DNA of 64,000 nucleotides from Myxococcota bacterium (GCA_036229005.1 JAZAMN010000020.1:224001-288000); one strand, 5' to 3'; positions 18,066-28,144 are shown, counted from the stretch's first letter. Made by a program: numbers and translations. Notes: a model not told the origin generated them from the letters alone.

Positions 18066-20102
18066 ATGCTGCTTGTGCTCTCCAGCCTGCTCGCCTGCCC
18101 CAAGGAGACCGCGGTCGAGGCCGCGGCCCCCGTCACCCCGGAGCTGCCCTCCTACGCCACCACCGTGCTGGCCGACATGGACCCCAGCGCGGACGCCTGC
18201 TCGGACTTCTACCAGTTCGCCTGCGGCGGCTGGATGGCCCGCACCGAGCTGCCCGCGGACAAGCCCTCCTGGACCCGCTCCTTCTCGGTGATCGCCGAGT
18301 CCAACCGGGCCTTCCTCAAGGAGAAGCTGGAGGCCGCCGCGGCCGACCCCTCCGCCGGGGACGAGAACTGGGCCAAGCTGGGCGCCGCCTACGGGGCCTG
18401 CATGGACGATGAGGCCCGCAACGCCGCCGGCGTGGGCGCTCTGGACGCCATGCACACCCAGGTGATGGCGCTCAAGGGCACCGCGGACCTGCCCGCCCTG
18501 ATCGGCCAGATGAACCTGATCGGCGCCGACCCCTTCTACGGGAACTACATCGAGGGCGACTACAAGGACCCCACCCTGACCATCCTGCACATGGGCCAGG
18601 GCGGCCTGGGCCTGCCCGACCGCGACTACTACCTCAAGGACGACAGCGCCGAGCTGCTGGCTTCCTACGAGGCGACCATCGCGAGCCTGCTGGAGCAGGC
18701 GGGCTGGGCCGACGCCGAGACCGCTCCCGAGATGGCCAAGGCCGTCGTCGCCTTCGAGACCGAGCTGGCCAAGGTGCACGTGCCCCGCGCCGAGCTGCGC
18801 GACCCCACCACGACCTACCACCGCATCGAGCGCGAAGGCCTGGTCGAGCAGGTGGGCGTGATCGACTGGGAGGCCACCTTCACCGCGATGGGCGGCCCCG
18901 ACATCACCACCATCAACGTCGAGCGCCCCGAGGTGCTGGCCGCGACCTTCAAGCTGGTCGACGAGACCGACGCCGCCACCCTGCAGGCCTACCTGAGCTG
19001 GCGCCTGCTGAGCAGCATGGGCTCCAACCTGCCCCCCAGCATGTACGGCACCCTCTTTGACTTCTACGGCAAGCAGGTGCAGGGCCAGGCCGAGCCCGAG
19101 GCGAGCTGGAAGCGCTGCGTGCGCTACACCGACGGCGCGCTGGGCGAGGCCCTGGGCCAGTTCTTCGTGGCCGAGCGCTTCTCCGGCGACTCCAAGCCCA
19201 AGGCCGAGGAGATGATCGCCAGCATCCAGGACAACTTCGAGGAGCGCCTCCCCGAGTTGGACTGGATGGACGAGGACACCCGCGGCGCCGCCGTGGAGAA
19301 GAAGAACACCCTGGTCAACCAGATCGGCTACCCGGATACGTGGAAGGACTACAGCGAGCTGGCCGTGTCCCAGGACCACCTGGCCAACGTGCTGGCCAGC
19401 CACCACTTCGAGACCGCCGAGGCCGTCGCCCGCATCGGCAACCCCACCGACCCCAAGCGCTGGCTGATGAGCCCGCCCACGGTCAACGCCTACTACCACC
19501 CGCTCTACAACCAGATGGTGTTCCCGGCGGGCATCCTGCAGCCCCCCTTCTACGACGCCGAGTTCCCCATGGCGATGAACTACGGGGCCATCGGCATGGT
19601 CATGGGCCACGAGCTGACCCACGGCTTTGACGACCAGGGCCGCAAGTTCGACCCCCAAGGCCGCATGAACGAGTGGTGGACGCCCCAGGCCAGCGAGAAC
19701 TTCGAGGGCCGCGCCGACTGCGTGGTCGAGCAGTTCAACGGCTTCTCCGTGGGCGAGGACCTGAGCGTCAACGGCGAGCTCACCCTGGGCGAGAACATCG
19801 CGGACCTGGGCGGCCTCAAGGTCTCCTTCGCCGCGTTCCAGGACTACAAGGCCGCAAACGAGCTGCCCGCGGAGCCGATCCCCGGCATCACCCAGGACCA
19901 GCTCTTCTTCCTGGCCTACGCCCAGGCCTGGTGCACCAAGGCCAGCCCCGAGTACGAGAAGATGCAGGTGCTGAGCGATCCCCACAGCCCCGCGCGCTAC
20001 CGTATCCAGGGCCCCCTGGCCAACCTGCCGGAGTTCCACGAGGCCTTCGGCTGCGAGGCCGGCACCCCGATGCACCCCGAGAACACCTGCGAGGTCTGGT
20101 AG
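18066..20102 (+). CDS. M13 family (neprilysin/PepO-like) metallopeptidase, lipoprotein
   Basis: MLLVLSSLLAC; DFYQFACGGW; VNAYY; HELTHGFD; GENIADLGG; DPHSP. Confidence 0.93.
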   Translation: MLLVLSSLLACPKETAVEAAAPVTPELPSYATTVLADMDPSADACSDFYQFACGGWMARTELPADKPSWTRSFSVIAESNRAFLKEKLEAAAADPSAGDENWAKLGAAYGACMDDEARNAAGVGALDAMHTQVMALKGTADLPALIGQMNLIGADPFYGNYIEGDYKDPTLTILHMGQGGLGLPDRDYYLKDDSAELLASYEATIASLLEQAGWADAETAPEMAKAVVAFETELAKVHVPRAELRDPTTTYHRIEREGLVEQVGVIDWEATFTAMGGPDITTINVERPEVLAATFKLVDETDAATLQAYLSWRLLSSMGSNLPPSMYGTLFDFYGKQVQGQAEPEASWKRCVRYTDGALGEALGQFFVAERFSGDSKPKAEEMIASIQDNFEERLPELDWMDEDTRGAAVEKKNTLVNQIGYPDTWKDYSELAVSQDHLANVLASHHFETAEAVARIGNPTDPKRWLMSPPTVNAYYHPLYNQMVFPAGILQPPFYDAEFPMAMNYGAIGMVMGHELTHGFDDQGRKFDPQGRMNEWWTPQASENFEGRADCVVEQFNGFSVGEDLSVNGELTLGENIADLGGLKVSFAAFQDYKAANELPAEPIPGITQDQLFFLAYAQAWCTKASPEYEKMQVLSDPHSPARYRIQGPLANLPEFHEAFGCEAGTPMHPENTCEVW

Positions 20103-20108
20103 TCCACC

Positions 20109-21287
20109 GTGACCCCCCGCCCCCCTGGCGCTGACCGCCTGCTCGTCGTCGTCTCCGACACGGAGCTCGGGGCGGGTGGGGTCACGGACGACTTCCCCCA
20201 GTCCGAACACCTGGGCCGCCTGCTGCTGGAGTACCGGCAGCGGGTCAGCGAGCCCATCGACTTTGTGTTCAACGGCGACACCTTCGACTTCCTCAAGACG
20301 CGGGTGTCCGGCCGCTGGCCCCTGCACGTCACCGCCGACCTGGCCGTGGCCAAGCTGCACAACATCCACCGGGCGCACGGTCCCTTCTTTGACTGCCTGC
20401 GGCAGCTCGCGGCCAGCCCCGACACGAACCTTCACTTTGTGGTCGGCAACCACGACCCGGACCTGGTCTTCCCCCACGTCCAGCGCATGCTGCGTCGCCT
20501 GCTGGACGACGACGGCAGCTCCGCGCACTTCCCCGGCTTCACCCTACGCTTTGGTGATGTCCACATCGAGCACGGCAACCAGGCCGACGCCATGTTCCGC
20601 GTCGACCCCACCCGCCTCTTCTCCGAGCTCAAGGGGCGCCCGCTGCTGGCCCTCCCCTGGGGCAGCGTCGCCATCCTGGAGGTGGCGATGCCCATGCAGC
20701 CGGTGCTCTACCACTTTGACCGCGTCAAGCCGCGCGAAGAGCTGATCGCCCAGGTCCCCGAGCTCCAGGACCTGCTCACCAGCGCCTACTACCAGTACTG
20801 GCGCGAGCACGGCCGGAGCTGGATGCGCCGCGACGACCCCGTGCGCAAGCTCTCCTGGACCGCGTTCAAGGAGATCCTCTACCGCTTCGGCACCCGCGAT
20901 CTGAACCTCTCGGTCGGCGACCACTACCAGAAGCTGGTCATGGGCGGCCCCATCCGCACGGCCATCATCGGCCACCTCCACGCCGCCGGCTGGTGGACCA
21001 GCGCCGACCGCCGGGTGCTCACCCTGGGCTGCTGGCGCAACGAGTTCACCTTCGCCGACGGCGGCTTCGAGCCCCTGAACTGCGTGCACGCCGAGGTCTG
21101 GATGAAGGGCGATCGCTCCCTGAGCGCCCAGCTCGTCGAGCACCCCGCGCCCCCGCTGCCCGCCGGCTACGTGCCCCCCATCCACAAGCAGCTCCCCGAG
21201 CTCCGGCGCCTGCTCTCAGAGGGCGATCTGGAGGGGGTCAAGCGGGCTTGGGAGCGGCAGGAGACGCTCGACCAGACCTTGTCGTAG
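20109..21287 (+). CDS. Calcineurin-like metallophosphoesterase
   Basis: VSDTELG; NGDTFD; GNHD; EHG; GHLH. Confidence 0.8.
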   Translation: MTPRPPGADRLLVVVSDTELGAGGVTDDFPQSEHLGRLLLEYRQRVSEPIDFVFNGDTFDFLKTRVSGRWPLHVTADLAVAKLHNIHRAHGPFFDCLRQLAASPDTNLHFVVGNHDPDLVFPHVQRMLRRLLDDDGSSAHFPGFTLRFGDVHIEHGNQADAMFRVDPTRLFSELKGRPLLALPWGSVAILEVAMPMQPVLYHFDRVKPREELIAQVPELQDLLTSAYYQYWREHGRSWMRRDDPVRKLSWTAFKEILYRFGTRDLNLSVGDHYQKLVMGGPIRTAIIGHLHAAGWWTSADRRVLTLGCWRNEFTFADGGFEPLNCVHAEVWMKGDRSLSAQLVEHPAPPLPAGYVPPIHKQLPELRRLLSEGDLEGVKRAWERQETLDQTLS

Positions 21288-21398
21288 CGCGCCCCGGGGC
21301 GCGCTCCTTCCCAGCCGCACCTCGCGCGCAAGTGGGATGGCTGTAGGGTCACAGACGAGGACAGGCTGGTGATGTTGGGCCCCTGATTGGAGTGCGCA

Positions 21399-22595
21399 AT
21401 GATCCCCTTCCTCCTCCTGTTCTCTCTGGCCTGCAAGGACGGCGGCGGCGTCGATGACTCCCAGGTCACGGGGACGGACGACACCCAGAGCGGCGACGAC
21501 ACGGGCGCCGAGTGTCTGGAGGCGAGCGCCCCCAGCGGGCTCACCCTGGTCGGCGAGGCCACGCCCCTGACCGCCCCGACCCTGACCTGGACCGAGCCGG
21601 TGGAGGGCTGCGCGCAGACCGTGGAGATCCAGCTCGCGCTGGGCGATGGGAGCGATCCGGCGGCCTGGCTGGACTGGACCGCCGTGACCCAGCCCTGGGA
21701 CGGCAGCCTGAGCACCCCGCTGCCCTTGGAGGGTGAGGTCGTGGCCTCGCTGCGGGCGGTGGACGCCCTGGGGAACCAGTCCGAGGCCGTCAGCGCCAGC
21801 TTCACCATGTGGAGCCCCAGCGCGCTGGAGGGGATGGTGGCCTGGTACGACTTCGCGGACACGGACACCCTACTGGGCACGGGCTGCTCGGCCCCCGCCG
21901 CCGAGGGCGAGGTGATCCACTGCGTGGACGACAAGTCCGGCAACGGCAACGACCTGAGCGACGCCGACGCGGGCGAGGGCTACCCCGACTTTGACGGGCC
22001 CCTGCGCACGACGCTGAACGGGCGGGCGGCCGCGGACTTCCACGGCCAGCGCCTGCTGTGGGTGCCGCACAACGACTCGATCGGCTTCCAGGCCCCGGGC
22101 ATGGTGGCGGTCTGGGTGGACGCGCCCAGCCGCGTGAACGACTACACGGGCGAGTACCCCCTGAACAAGGAGGGCGCCTACGAGTTCGCCTACCGCGAGG
22201 GGCAGCTCAAGGCGGCCATCGAGACCGAGGCCAGCGGGCGCTGGGAGTGGGGCACCGTGGACCCGGGCGCGAGCCCGGAGCTGCAGCTCAACGCCTTTGT
22301 CTACGACGGGACCAACTGGGTGTTCCGCCGGAACGCAGAGCCGCTGGGGCTGATGTCGCCGGCGGGCAACCAGACCGGGCTAACCAACGCCGGCTACTAC
22401 GAGCTCCACTACGGCGGGCAGACCTTTGTGATCACCGAGACCCCGCTGGTGATCGGCGGGCGGCCCCTGGGCAACAGGGTGAGCTACGAGGCCGTGCAGG
22501 GCGAGCTGCTGCTCTTTGACCAGGTCCCCACCGGCACCGACCTGAACCTGCTGGAGCGCCAGCTCATGGAGAAGTGGCAGATCGCCACGGAGTAG
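21399..22595 (+). CDS. Lipoprotein with Ig/FN3-like and LamG/ConA-like domains
   Basis: MIPFLLLFSLAC; WYDFAD...DKSGNGNDL...GELLLFD...L.EKW pattern typical of LamG-like modules. Confidence 0.7.
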   Translation: MIPFLLLFSLACKDGGGVDDSQVTGTDDTQSGDDTGAECLEASAPSGLTLVGEATPLTAPTLTWTEPVEGCAQTVEIQLALGDGSDPAAWLDWTAVTQPWDGSLSTPLPLEGEVVASLRAVDALGNQSEAVSASFTMWSPSALEGMVAWYDFADTDTLLGTGCSAPAAEGEVIHCVDDKSGNGNDLSDADAGEGYPDFDGPLRTTLNGRAAADFHGQRLLWVPHNDSIGFQAPGMVAVWVDAPSRVNDYTGEYPLNKEGAYEFAYREGQLKAAIETEASGRWEWGTVDPGASPELQLNAFVYDGTNWVFRRNAEPLGLMSPAGNQTGLTNAGYYELHYGGQTFVITETPLVIGGRPLGNRVSYEAVQGELLLFDQVPTGTDLNLLERQLMEKWQIATE

Positions 22596-22598
22596 CGG

Positions 22599-23675
22599 TC
22601 AGTCGGCGCGGAAGACCCGCGGCAGGGGCTGGAGGGTGAGCAGGCCTTCGTCCAGCCACTGCTGCACCGGGTCGTCCAGGCCCACCTTGCCGACGTAGAG
22701 CAGGTTGAGATCGCCGCCCTGCTCCACCCAGGAACGGACGCGACGCAGGCCCTGGTAGTACACGACATCCTTGGCGTAGACCCCGGGCTTTCCGGGGTCG
22801 GCCAGCCCGCGCTTGAGGCGCTCGGCGACCCCCCAGGCCAGGCCCGGCTCGGACTCGCGGCGCAGGTGCTCGTGCAGCTCGCGGAAGCCCATGTGGCGGG
22901 CCCACTCGACGGCCTGGACCACCACCCCCTGCCGCCAGCTCGTGCCGGGAGAGGCGGCGCCGGCGCGCTCTTCGGCGAACAGGGCCAGGCCCTCCTCCGT
23001 CGCCAGGGAGCCGGGCAGGCCGGTGGAGAAGATGCGCAGGGGCTGGCGGTTGCCGTTGACCGCGCGGGTGGCGTGGACCTCGATCTCGTGGACGATGAGC
23101 CGGGGCACGTCCTGGCGGCGGAAGATGGAGCCGGGGCGCACCTTGATCTCGCGCTTTGCGCCGTCGACCAGGACGCGGGCGGACATCACGGTGTCCATCT
23201 CGACGCTCCAGTCGTCCAGGCCGCGGGTGTTCAGGGCGCCCCGCAGCGCCCGCAGCATGCCCTGGGCTCCCACCGTGGCGGGGGTCAGGTCGCGGCCGTA
23301 GGGCTCGGTGCGGGCCGCGCTCAGCAGTTCCTCGTCGGGGAACCAGTCGTTGTGGAGCGCGAGGGCCTGGAAAGCCTGGGGGGTGCGGTCCCGGAGCGCG
23401 AGGATCAAGAGCCTCGCTCCCTCGATGGCCGTGGCGAGCATCAGACCAAAGGGGTGATCCAGGGGCGGCTGGAGGCTGTCCAGAAAGCGCAGCTCGTCGT
23501 CGGCCCAGGCGGCGGGTCGGTAGACAAAGGGCGGCTCGACCTGACCGGAGCGGAAGGCGTGGCGGGCCTCCGGGCTGTTGACCGGGTTCAGGAACTGGAA
23601 GAAGCGCACGCGCTGATGCAGGCTGTGGAGGGCCTGATCGACCTGCAGGACGGGCTCTGGCAACAAGGCAGTCAC
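22599..23675 (-). CDS. DUF1704 / MATCAP-like (QEGLA-motif family) metallocarboxypeptidase
   Basis: HEIEVH (HExxxH); TEEGLA; RLKRG; YAKDVVYYQG. Confidence 0.8.
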   Translation of the reverse strand: MTALLPEPVLQVDQALHSLHQRVRFFQFLNPVNSPEARHAFRSGQVEPPFVYRPAAWADDELRFLDSLQPPLDHPFGLMLATAIEGARLLILALRDRTPQAFQALALHNDWFPDEELLSAARTEPYGRDLTPATVGAQGMLRALRGALNTRGLDDWSVEMDTVMSARVLVDGAKREIKVRPGSIFRRQDVPRLIVHEIEVHATRAVNGNRQPLRIFSTGLPGSLATEEGLALFAEERAGAASPGTSWRQGVVVQAVEWARHMGFRELHEHLRRESEPGLAWGVAERLKRGLADPGKPGVYAKDVVYYQGLRRVRSWVEQGGDLNLLYVGKVGLDDPVQQWLDEGLLTLQPLPRVFRAD

Positions 23676-23726
23676 GGGCGGAATCTACTCCCCCAGGGGC
23701 TCCGCGGCATGGGTTATCTCCGGAGC

Positions 23727-24629
23727 ATGCAGCTCTCTCCCGAACTCCTGATGCAGCTCCCGCCGGAGCAGATCCGCGCAGCCTTCCCTGGCTTCCTGGC
23801 CAGCTACATCCAGGGGGCGCCGGAGATCGCGGCGGCGACGATGGCGCACTCCGCGGAGATCCTGGGGGCGAGCAGCGATGGGCAGCTCAAGGCGACCCTC
23901 AAGGCATTCGCCGAGCTGGGAGGCGGTGGGTACCGGCCCTACAACGCCCTCCCCACCATCCGGGAGCTGGCGCGGGGCTGGATGCAGCGGGTGATGATCC
24001 CGGGCGCAGTCGAGGGCACCGAGCACCTTTTGGCGGCGCGGGGCAAGAACCAGCTCTGGGTGGGCAACCACCGCAGCTACATCGACACCTCGGCGACCGA
24101 CGCTCTGCTGGCGGGGGCCGGGCTGGACTACCTGGCCGACGACATGATGGTGGTCGCCGGGCCCAAGGTGTACTCGGACACCTTCCGGCGGGTGGCCGCG
24201 GCGGGGCTGAACACGCTGATGGTGGCCCAGAGCACGCAGATCGGGCACAACGCGGCGGAGCTCTCCCCCCGAGAGGTCGCCGCCATCGCCCTCAACAGCC
24301 TCAAGCAGAGCCAGGTGTGGCGCGCCGAGCGCGGCCCGGTGCTGCTCTACCCCGAGGGCACGCGCACCCGCAGCGGGCGCATGGGCCCCTTCCTGCGGGC
24401 GGCCGCGCGCTACGCCCGGAACGTCGACGTGATCGTGCCCATGGCCATCATCGGCAGCGACGACCTCTTTGGCCTGGACGAGAAGATCCGGCCGTCCAAG
24501 GTGACCCTGCGGGTGGGCGAACCCTTCGAGCCGCCCAAGGGCAAGACGGCCTGGCTGGAGGAGGCCCACGCGCGGGTGGCCGCGCTGCTCCCGGAGGAGA
24601 TGGGGCCGGAGGGCGAGGTGTTGAAGTAG
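23727..24629 (+). CDS. Lysophospholipid/glycerol-3-phosphate acyltransferase
   Basis: NHRSYID (HxxxxD); YPEGTR; IVPMAI. Confidence 0.85.
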   Translation: MQLSPELLMQLPPEQIRAAFPGFLASYIQGAPEIAAATMAHSAEILGASSDGQLKATLKAFAELGGGGYRPYNALPTIRELARGWMQRVMIPGAVEGTEHLLAARGKNQLWVGNHRSYIDTSATDALLAGAGLDYLADDMMVVAGPKVYSDTFRRVAAAGLNTLMVAQSTQIGHNAAELSPREVAAIALNSLKQSQVWRAERGPVLLYPEGTRTRSGRMGPFLRAAARYARNVDVIVPMAIIGSDDLFGLDEKIRPSKVTLRVGEPFEPPKGKTAWLEEAHARVAALLPEEMGPEGEVLK

Positions 24630-24655
24630 AGGCAATCCGTGGGTACATTCCCCCC

Positions 24656-25081
24656 ATGTCTCTCCACCCCGACATCACCATTCGCACGGCAGACGGTCGC
24701 CCTCTGGTCGCGGTCGAGGTCAAGGGTATCCGGGACACCAGCGATGCCTGGGCCGCGCAATATCGGCGCAACCTCATCGCACACGCCACCTGGCCCACCA
24801 CCCTCTTCCTGCTGGTGACCCCCGACCGGGTCTACGTCTGGCGTCCGTCTGAGGACTCGGAACCATCCGAACGCAGGCCGGATCGCAGCCTGGACGCCGG
24901 CTCATTCTGGCAGGAGCTTGCCGGCGATCTGAACCGGGAGGACCTGCGAGGAGAGGCCTTCGAGCTGTTGGTTCACTCTTGGCTCTCTGCGTTGCGGGAG
25001 CAAGAGCTCCCCGACGGCCTCAGGGGCCTCGGCCTGGGTGAGGCGCTCGAGATGGGTGAAGTCCGAGCCAACGCGGCGTGA
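24656..25081 (+). CDS. Small PD-(D/E)XK/HsdR_N-like restriction-fold protein
   Basis: PDITI...VAVEVK...LFLLVTPDRVYVW; TACATT 6 nt upstream of the ATG. Confidence 0.6.
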   Translation: MSLHPDITIRTADGRPLVAVEVKGIRDTSDAWAAQYRRNLIAHATWPTTLFLLVTPDRVYVWRPSEDSEPSERRPDRSLDAGSFWQELAGDLNREDLRGEAFELLVHSWLSALREQELPDGLRGLGLGEALEMGEVRANAA

Positions 25082-25680
25082 CCCGTGTCTATGTAGAGAC
25101 CAACTTCGTGCTGGAGTTGGCCTTGAATCAGCCCCAGGCCTCAGTCTGCGAACGCTTGCTCACTCTGGCCGAGAGTGGCTCGCTTGAGCTCGCTGTGCCT
25201 GCATTCTGCCTGGTCGAGCCTCTGTGGACGCTCGGACATCGCCGCGGCCAGCGGCAGCGCCTCAAAGAGTCCCTGGATCAGGAGCTGCGACAACTGCGGC
25301 GCAGTGGTCGGGCGCGCGACCAGGTGCCCGGCTTGCTGCAGCTGAGCACCACGCTGGTGCAGCTGGCCCGGGATGATGAGAAGCAGCTCTCCCAGATACA
25401 GCGTCGGCTGATGGACTGCAGCACCGTCCTGGCAATGGACGCCCAAGTGCTGAACGAGAGTCAGTCGGCCCAGCGACGCCGCGACCTGAGCGGCCCGGAC
25501 GCCGTCGTTTTCGCGAGCGTCCTCTGCGATCTCCGGCAGCGCCCCCCGACCTCCGCACACTTTGTGACCTTGAACTCCAAGGACTTTGACGAGCCGCGCC
25601 TGGTTGAAGACCTGGCAGACCAGGGTTGTCTGCTGCACACATCCTTCAAGGCGGCGATGAAGCAGCTCTCCGTTACTTGA
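25078..25680 (+). CDS. PIN domain protein (DUF4935-like)
   Basis: VYVETNFVLE; FCLVE; DAVVFAS; FVTLNSKDF; GTGA overlap with the upstream gene. Confidence 0.8.
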   Translation: MTRVYVETNFVLELALNQPQASVCERLLTLAESGSLELAVPAFCLVEPLWTLGHRRGQRQRLKESLDQELRQLRRSGRARDQVPGLLQLSTTLVQLARDDEKQLSQIQRRLMDCSTVLAMDAQVLNESQSAQRRRDLSGPDAVVFASVLCDLRQRPPTSAHFVTLNSKDFDEPRLVEDLADQGCLLHTSFKAAMKQLSVT

Positions 25681-28039
25681 GCTCAACCCGCGTATACGCG
25701 TCCCCACCCTCGTCGGCGTTGGCCGGGCGCCAGCTCCCGGCGGACTTCTGCCTGGGGAGCCAGCGGCGGACGGCCTGCTTGAGGGCGCCGGTGCCGTGGC
25801 CGTGCAGGATCCAGCCCACGGACTCGCCGTGGCGGAGCAGGCGGTCCAGGAAGTACTCGGCCTCCTCCAGCGCCTCGTCGGCGCGCTTGCCGCGCAGGTC
25901 CAGGGTGTTCCGGGAGGTGCGCACGCCGCCGCCCGAGCTGACCTCGACTGCGGGCGCAGTCATGACCGGCTTGGGTGCGGGCTTGGGGGCCGCTGGACGA
26001 CCGTCCAGCAAGGTGAGCTCCGTGAGCTTCGCGCGCACCTTCATGCCGTTCACCTCGACTTCGACCCGACCCTTGCGGGGGGGGCCCAGGACGGTGCCGA
26101 CGCGGCCGGCGCCCTTGACCCGCACGCGGTCGCCCTTCTCCAGGTTCCGGGGGGGCGGGGCGCTCTCGCGCTGAGGCTGGGGCACGGCGACCTTGCCCTT
26201 GAGGGCGCGCACGGTCTCCAGGGCCTTGCCGGCGTCGCGCAGGTTGGGGTTCTTCTGCAAGGCGGCGACCAGGGTCTTGACCTGCGATTCGGCGGCGGCC
26301 AGGCGCTCCAGGGTCTCCTTGGCCTCGCGCTCGGCCAGGGCCTTGGCGCGGCGCTCGACCTTGGCCTTGGCGCGCTCCAGCTCCTTCTCCCGCTTGGCCA
26401 GGTTGTCCCGCTTGGTGGCGAGCTGGCGCTGCAGCTTGTCGAGCTCCTCGCGCTGGTCCTCCAGGTCCTCGAGCAGCGAGCCGGCCTTGAGCTGGGTCTC
26501 GTCCAGGAAGGACTCGGCCTGATCCACGAGGCCGGCGTCCAGGCCCATCCGTCGGGCGGTGGAGAAGGCATGGGAGAGGCCGACCGCGTCCTTGCGCACC
26601 CGGTAGGTGGGCACGCCGTCCTCCAGCCCCACGGCGGCGTTGGCGAAGCGGGGGTCGGCGGCGGCGAAGGCCTTGAGGTCGGTGTAGTGGGTGGTCACGC
26701 CCACGCGGGAGCCCAGGTCCACCACGCGCTCGAGCACGGCGCGGGCCAGGGCAGCGCCCTGTGCGGGGTCGGTGCCCACGGCGACCTCGTCCAGCAGGAC
26801 CAGGGTGCCGGGCTTGGCGCGGCCCAGGATCTCCTTGAGCACGAGCAGGTGCCCGGAGAAGGTGGACAGGTCGCCCTCCACCGACTGCAGGTCGCCGATG
26901 TCCGCGATGACGTCGGAGAACACGTCGATGCGGCTGCCCTCCTTGGCCGGGAAGGGCACGCCGGCGCGCACGAAGAGGGCGGCCAGGCCCAGGGTCTTGA
27001 GCGCGACCGTCTTGCCGCCGGTGTTGGGGCCCGAGAGGATCAGGCCGCGCTGCTCGGCGTTCAGGTCCAGGTCATTGGCGACCACGTCCAGCCCGCGCAG
27101 GGTGAGCACGGGGTGGCGGGCCTCCAGCAGGTGGATGACGCCGCCCCGCCCGATGATGGGCATGGTCCCCTTGAGGCTGCGGCCCAGCTCTGCGCGGGCG
27201 CAGGCCAGATCCACGACGACGGCCAGCTCCAGGGCCTCGACCACCGGCTCGACGTGGCGCGCCAGCAGCATGGACAGGCGCTGCAGGATTCTCCGGATCG
27301 CGCGTTCAAGCTCCGCTTCCGCGATGCGCAGGCGGTTGTTGAGCTCCACCACCTCGGCGGGCTCCACGAACACGGTCTCGCCGGACTTTGAGGTGTCGTG
27401 GACGATGCCCAGGCCCTTGCGCTTGGCCTCCACCTTGATGGGGAGCACGTAGCGGTCGCTGCGCTGGGTGACGAAGTTGTCCTGCAGCAGCGGCGCCATC
27501 TCCGGGTCCCGCAGCAGCGCCTCCAGGGTGGACTGGACGCGGCGGTGCAGGCCGGCGATGCGCTCCCGCAGCTCGCCCAGCTCGGGGTAGGTGCTCTCGG
27601 AGAGCTGCCCGCGGTCGTCGAAGCTGTAGACCAGGGCCTCGGTCATCTCGGGGTCGAGCTGCATGGCCTGCATGCGGTCGGCCAGCAGCGGGGCGTCCTC
27701 GTCGCGCTCCAGCACCCAGATGCGCAGGTCGTCCAGCGCGTCCAGGGTGCGCCCGACGGCGGCGAGCTCCACCACCTCCAGCACCTGCCCCTGCTCGGTG
27801 CGGCGGGCGAAGGCCTCGATGTCGTGGATGGCCCCGACGGGGATGCGCTCGCCCTCGTCCTCCAGAAGCTGCACCTCCCGCACCTGGGTGTACAGCGCCT
27901 CCGCCGCCTCACGGGTGGAGACGAGGGGGAACTCGAGGGCGCGCGCGGCGCCCCGCTCGGTGCGGGCGGCCTTGGACAGGTGCAGCAGCACGCTCTGCCA
28001 GTCCAGGGTCTCCAGGGTGCGTTGGTCGAGGGCGTTCAT
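25673..28039 (-). CDS. mutS2: Endonuclease MutS2 (ATPase + KOW + Smr)
   Basis: GPNTGGKT; DIGDLQS..LSTFSGH; LLDEVAVGTDP; TTHY; C-terminal LDLRG...ILHGHGTGAL Smr domain. Confidence 0.93.
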   Translation of the reverse strand: MNALDQRTLETLDWQSVLLHLSKAARTERGAARALEFPLVSTREAAEALYTQVREVQLLEDEGERIPVGAIHDIEAFARRTEQGQVLEVVELAAVGRTLDALDDLRIWVLERDEDAPLLADRMQAMQLDPEMTEALVYSFDDRGQLSESTYPELGELRERIAGLHRRVQSTLEALLRDPEMAPLLQDNFVTQRSDRYVLPIKVEAKRKGLGIVHDTSKSGETVFVEPAEVVELNNRLRIAEAELERAIRRILQRLSMLLARHVEPVVEALELAVVVDLACARAELGRSLKGTMPIIGRGGVIHLLEARHPVLTLRGLDVVANDLDLNAEQRGLILSGPNTGGKTVALKTLGLAALFVRAGVPFPAKEGSRIDVFSDVIADIGDLQSVEGDLSTFSGHLLVLKEILGRAKPGTLVLLDEVAVGTDPAQGAALARAVLERVVDLGSRVGVTTHYTDLKAFAAADPRFANAAVGLEDGVPTYRVRKDAVGLSHAFSTARRMGLDAGLVDQAESFLDETQLKAGSLLEDLEDQREELDKLQRQLATKRDNLAKREKELERAKAKVERRAKALAEREAKETLERLAAAESQVKTLVAALQKNPNLRDAGKALETVRALKGKVAVPQPQRESAPPPRNLEKGDRVRVKGAGRVGTVLGPPRKGRVEVEVNGMKVRAKLTELTLLDGRPAAPKPAPKPVMTAPAVEVSSGGGVRTSRNTLDLRGKRADEALEEAEYFLDRLLRHGESVGWILHGHGTGALKQAVRRWLPRQKSAGSWRPANADEGGDAYTRVELK

Positions 28040-28144
28040 GGCGCGCCCATTTATGCACGGCCCGGGGGCGTGGCCAGCGCGATCTGCGCCAACCCGGCGA
28101 ACACGACCCGCAGGGCACCCCAAGGCTCCAGGGTGCCCCGGGGC

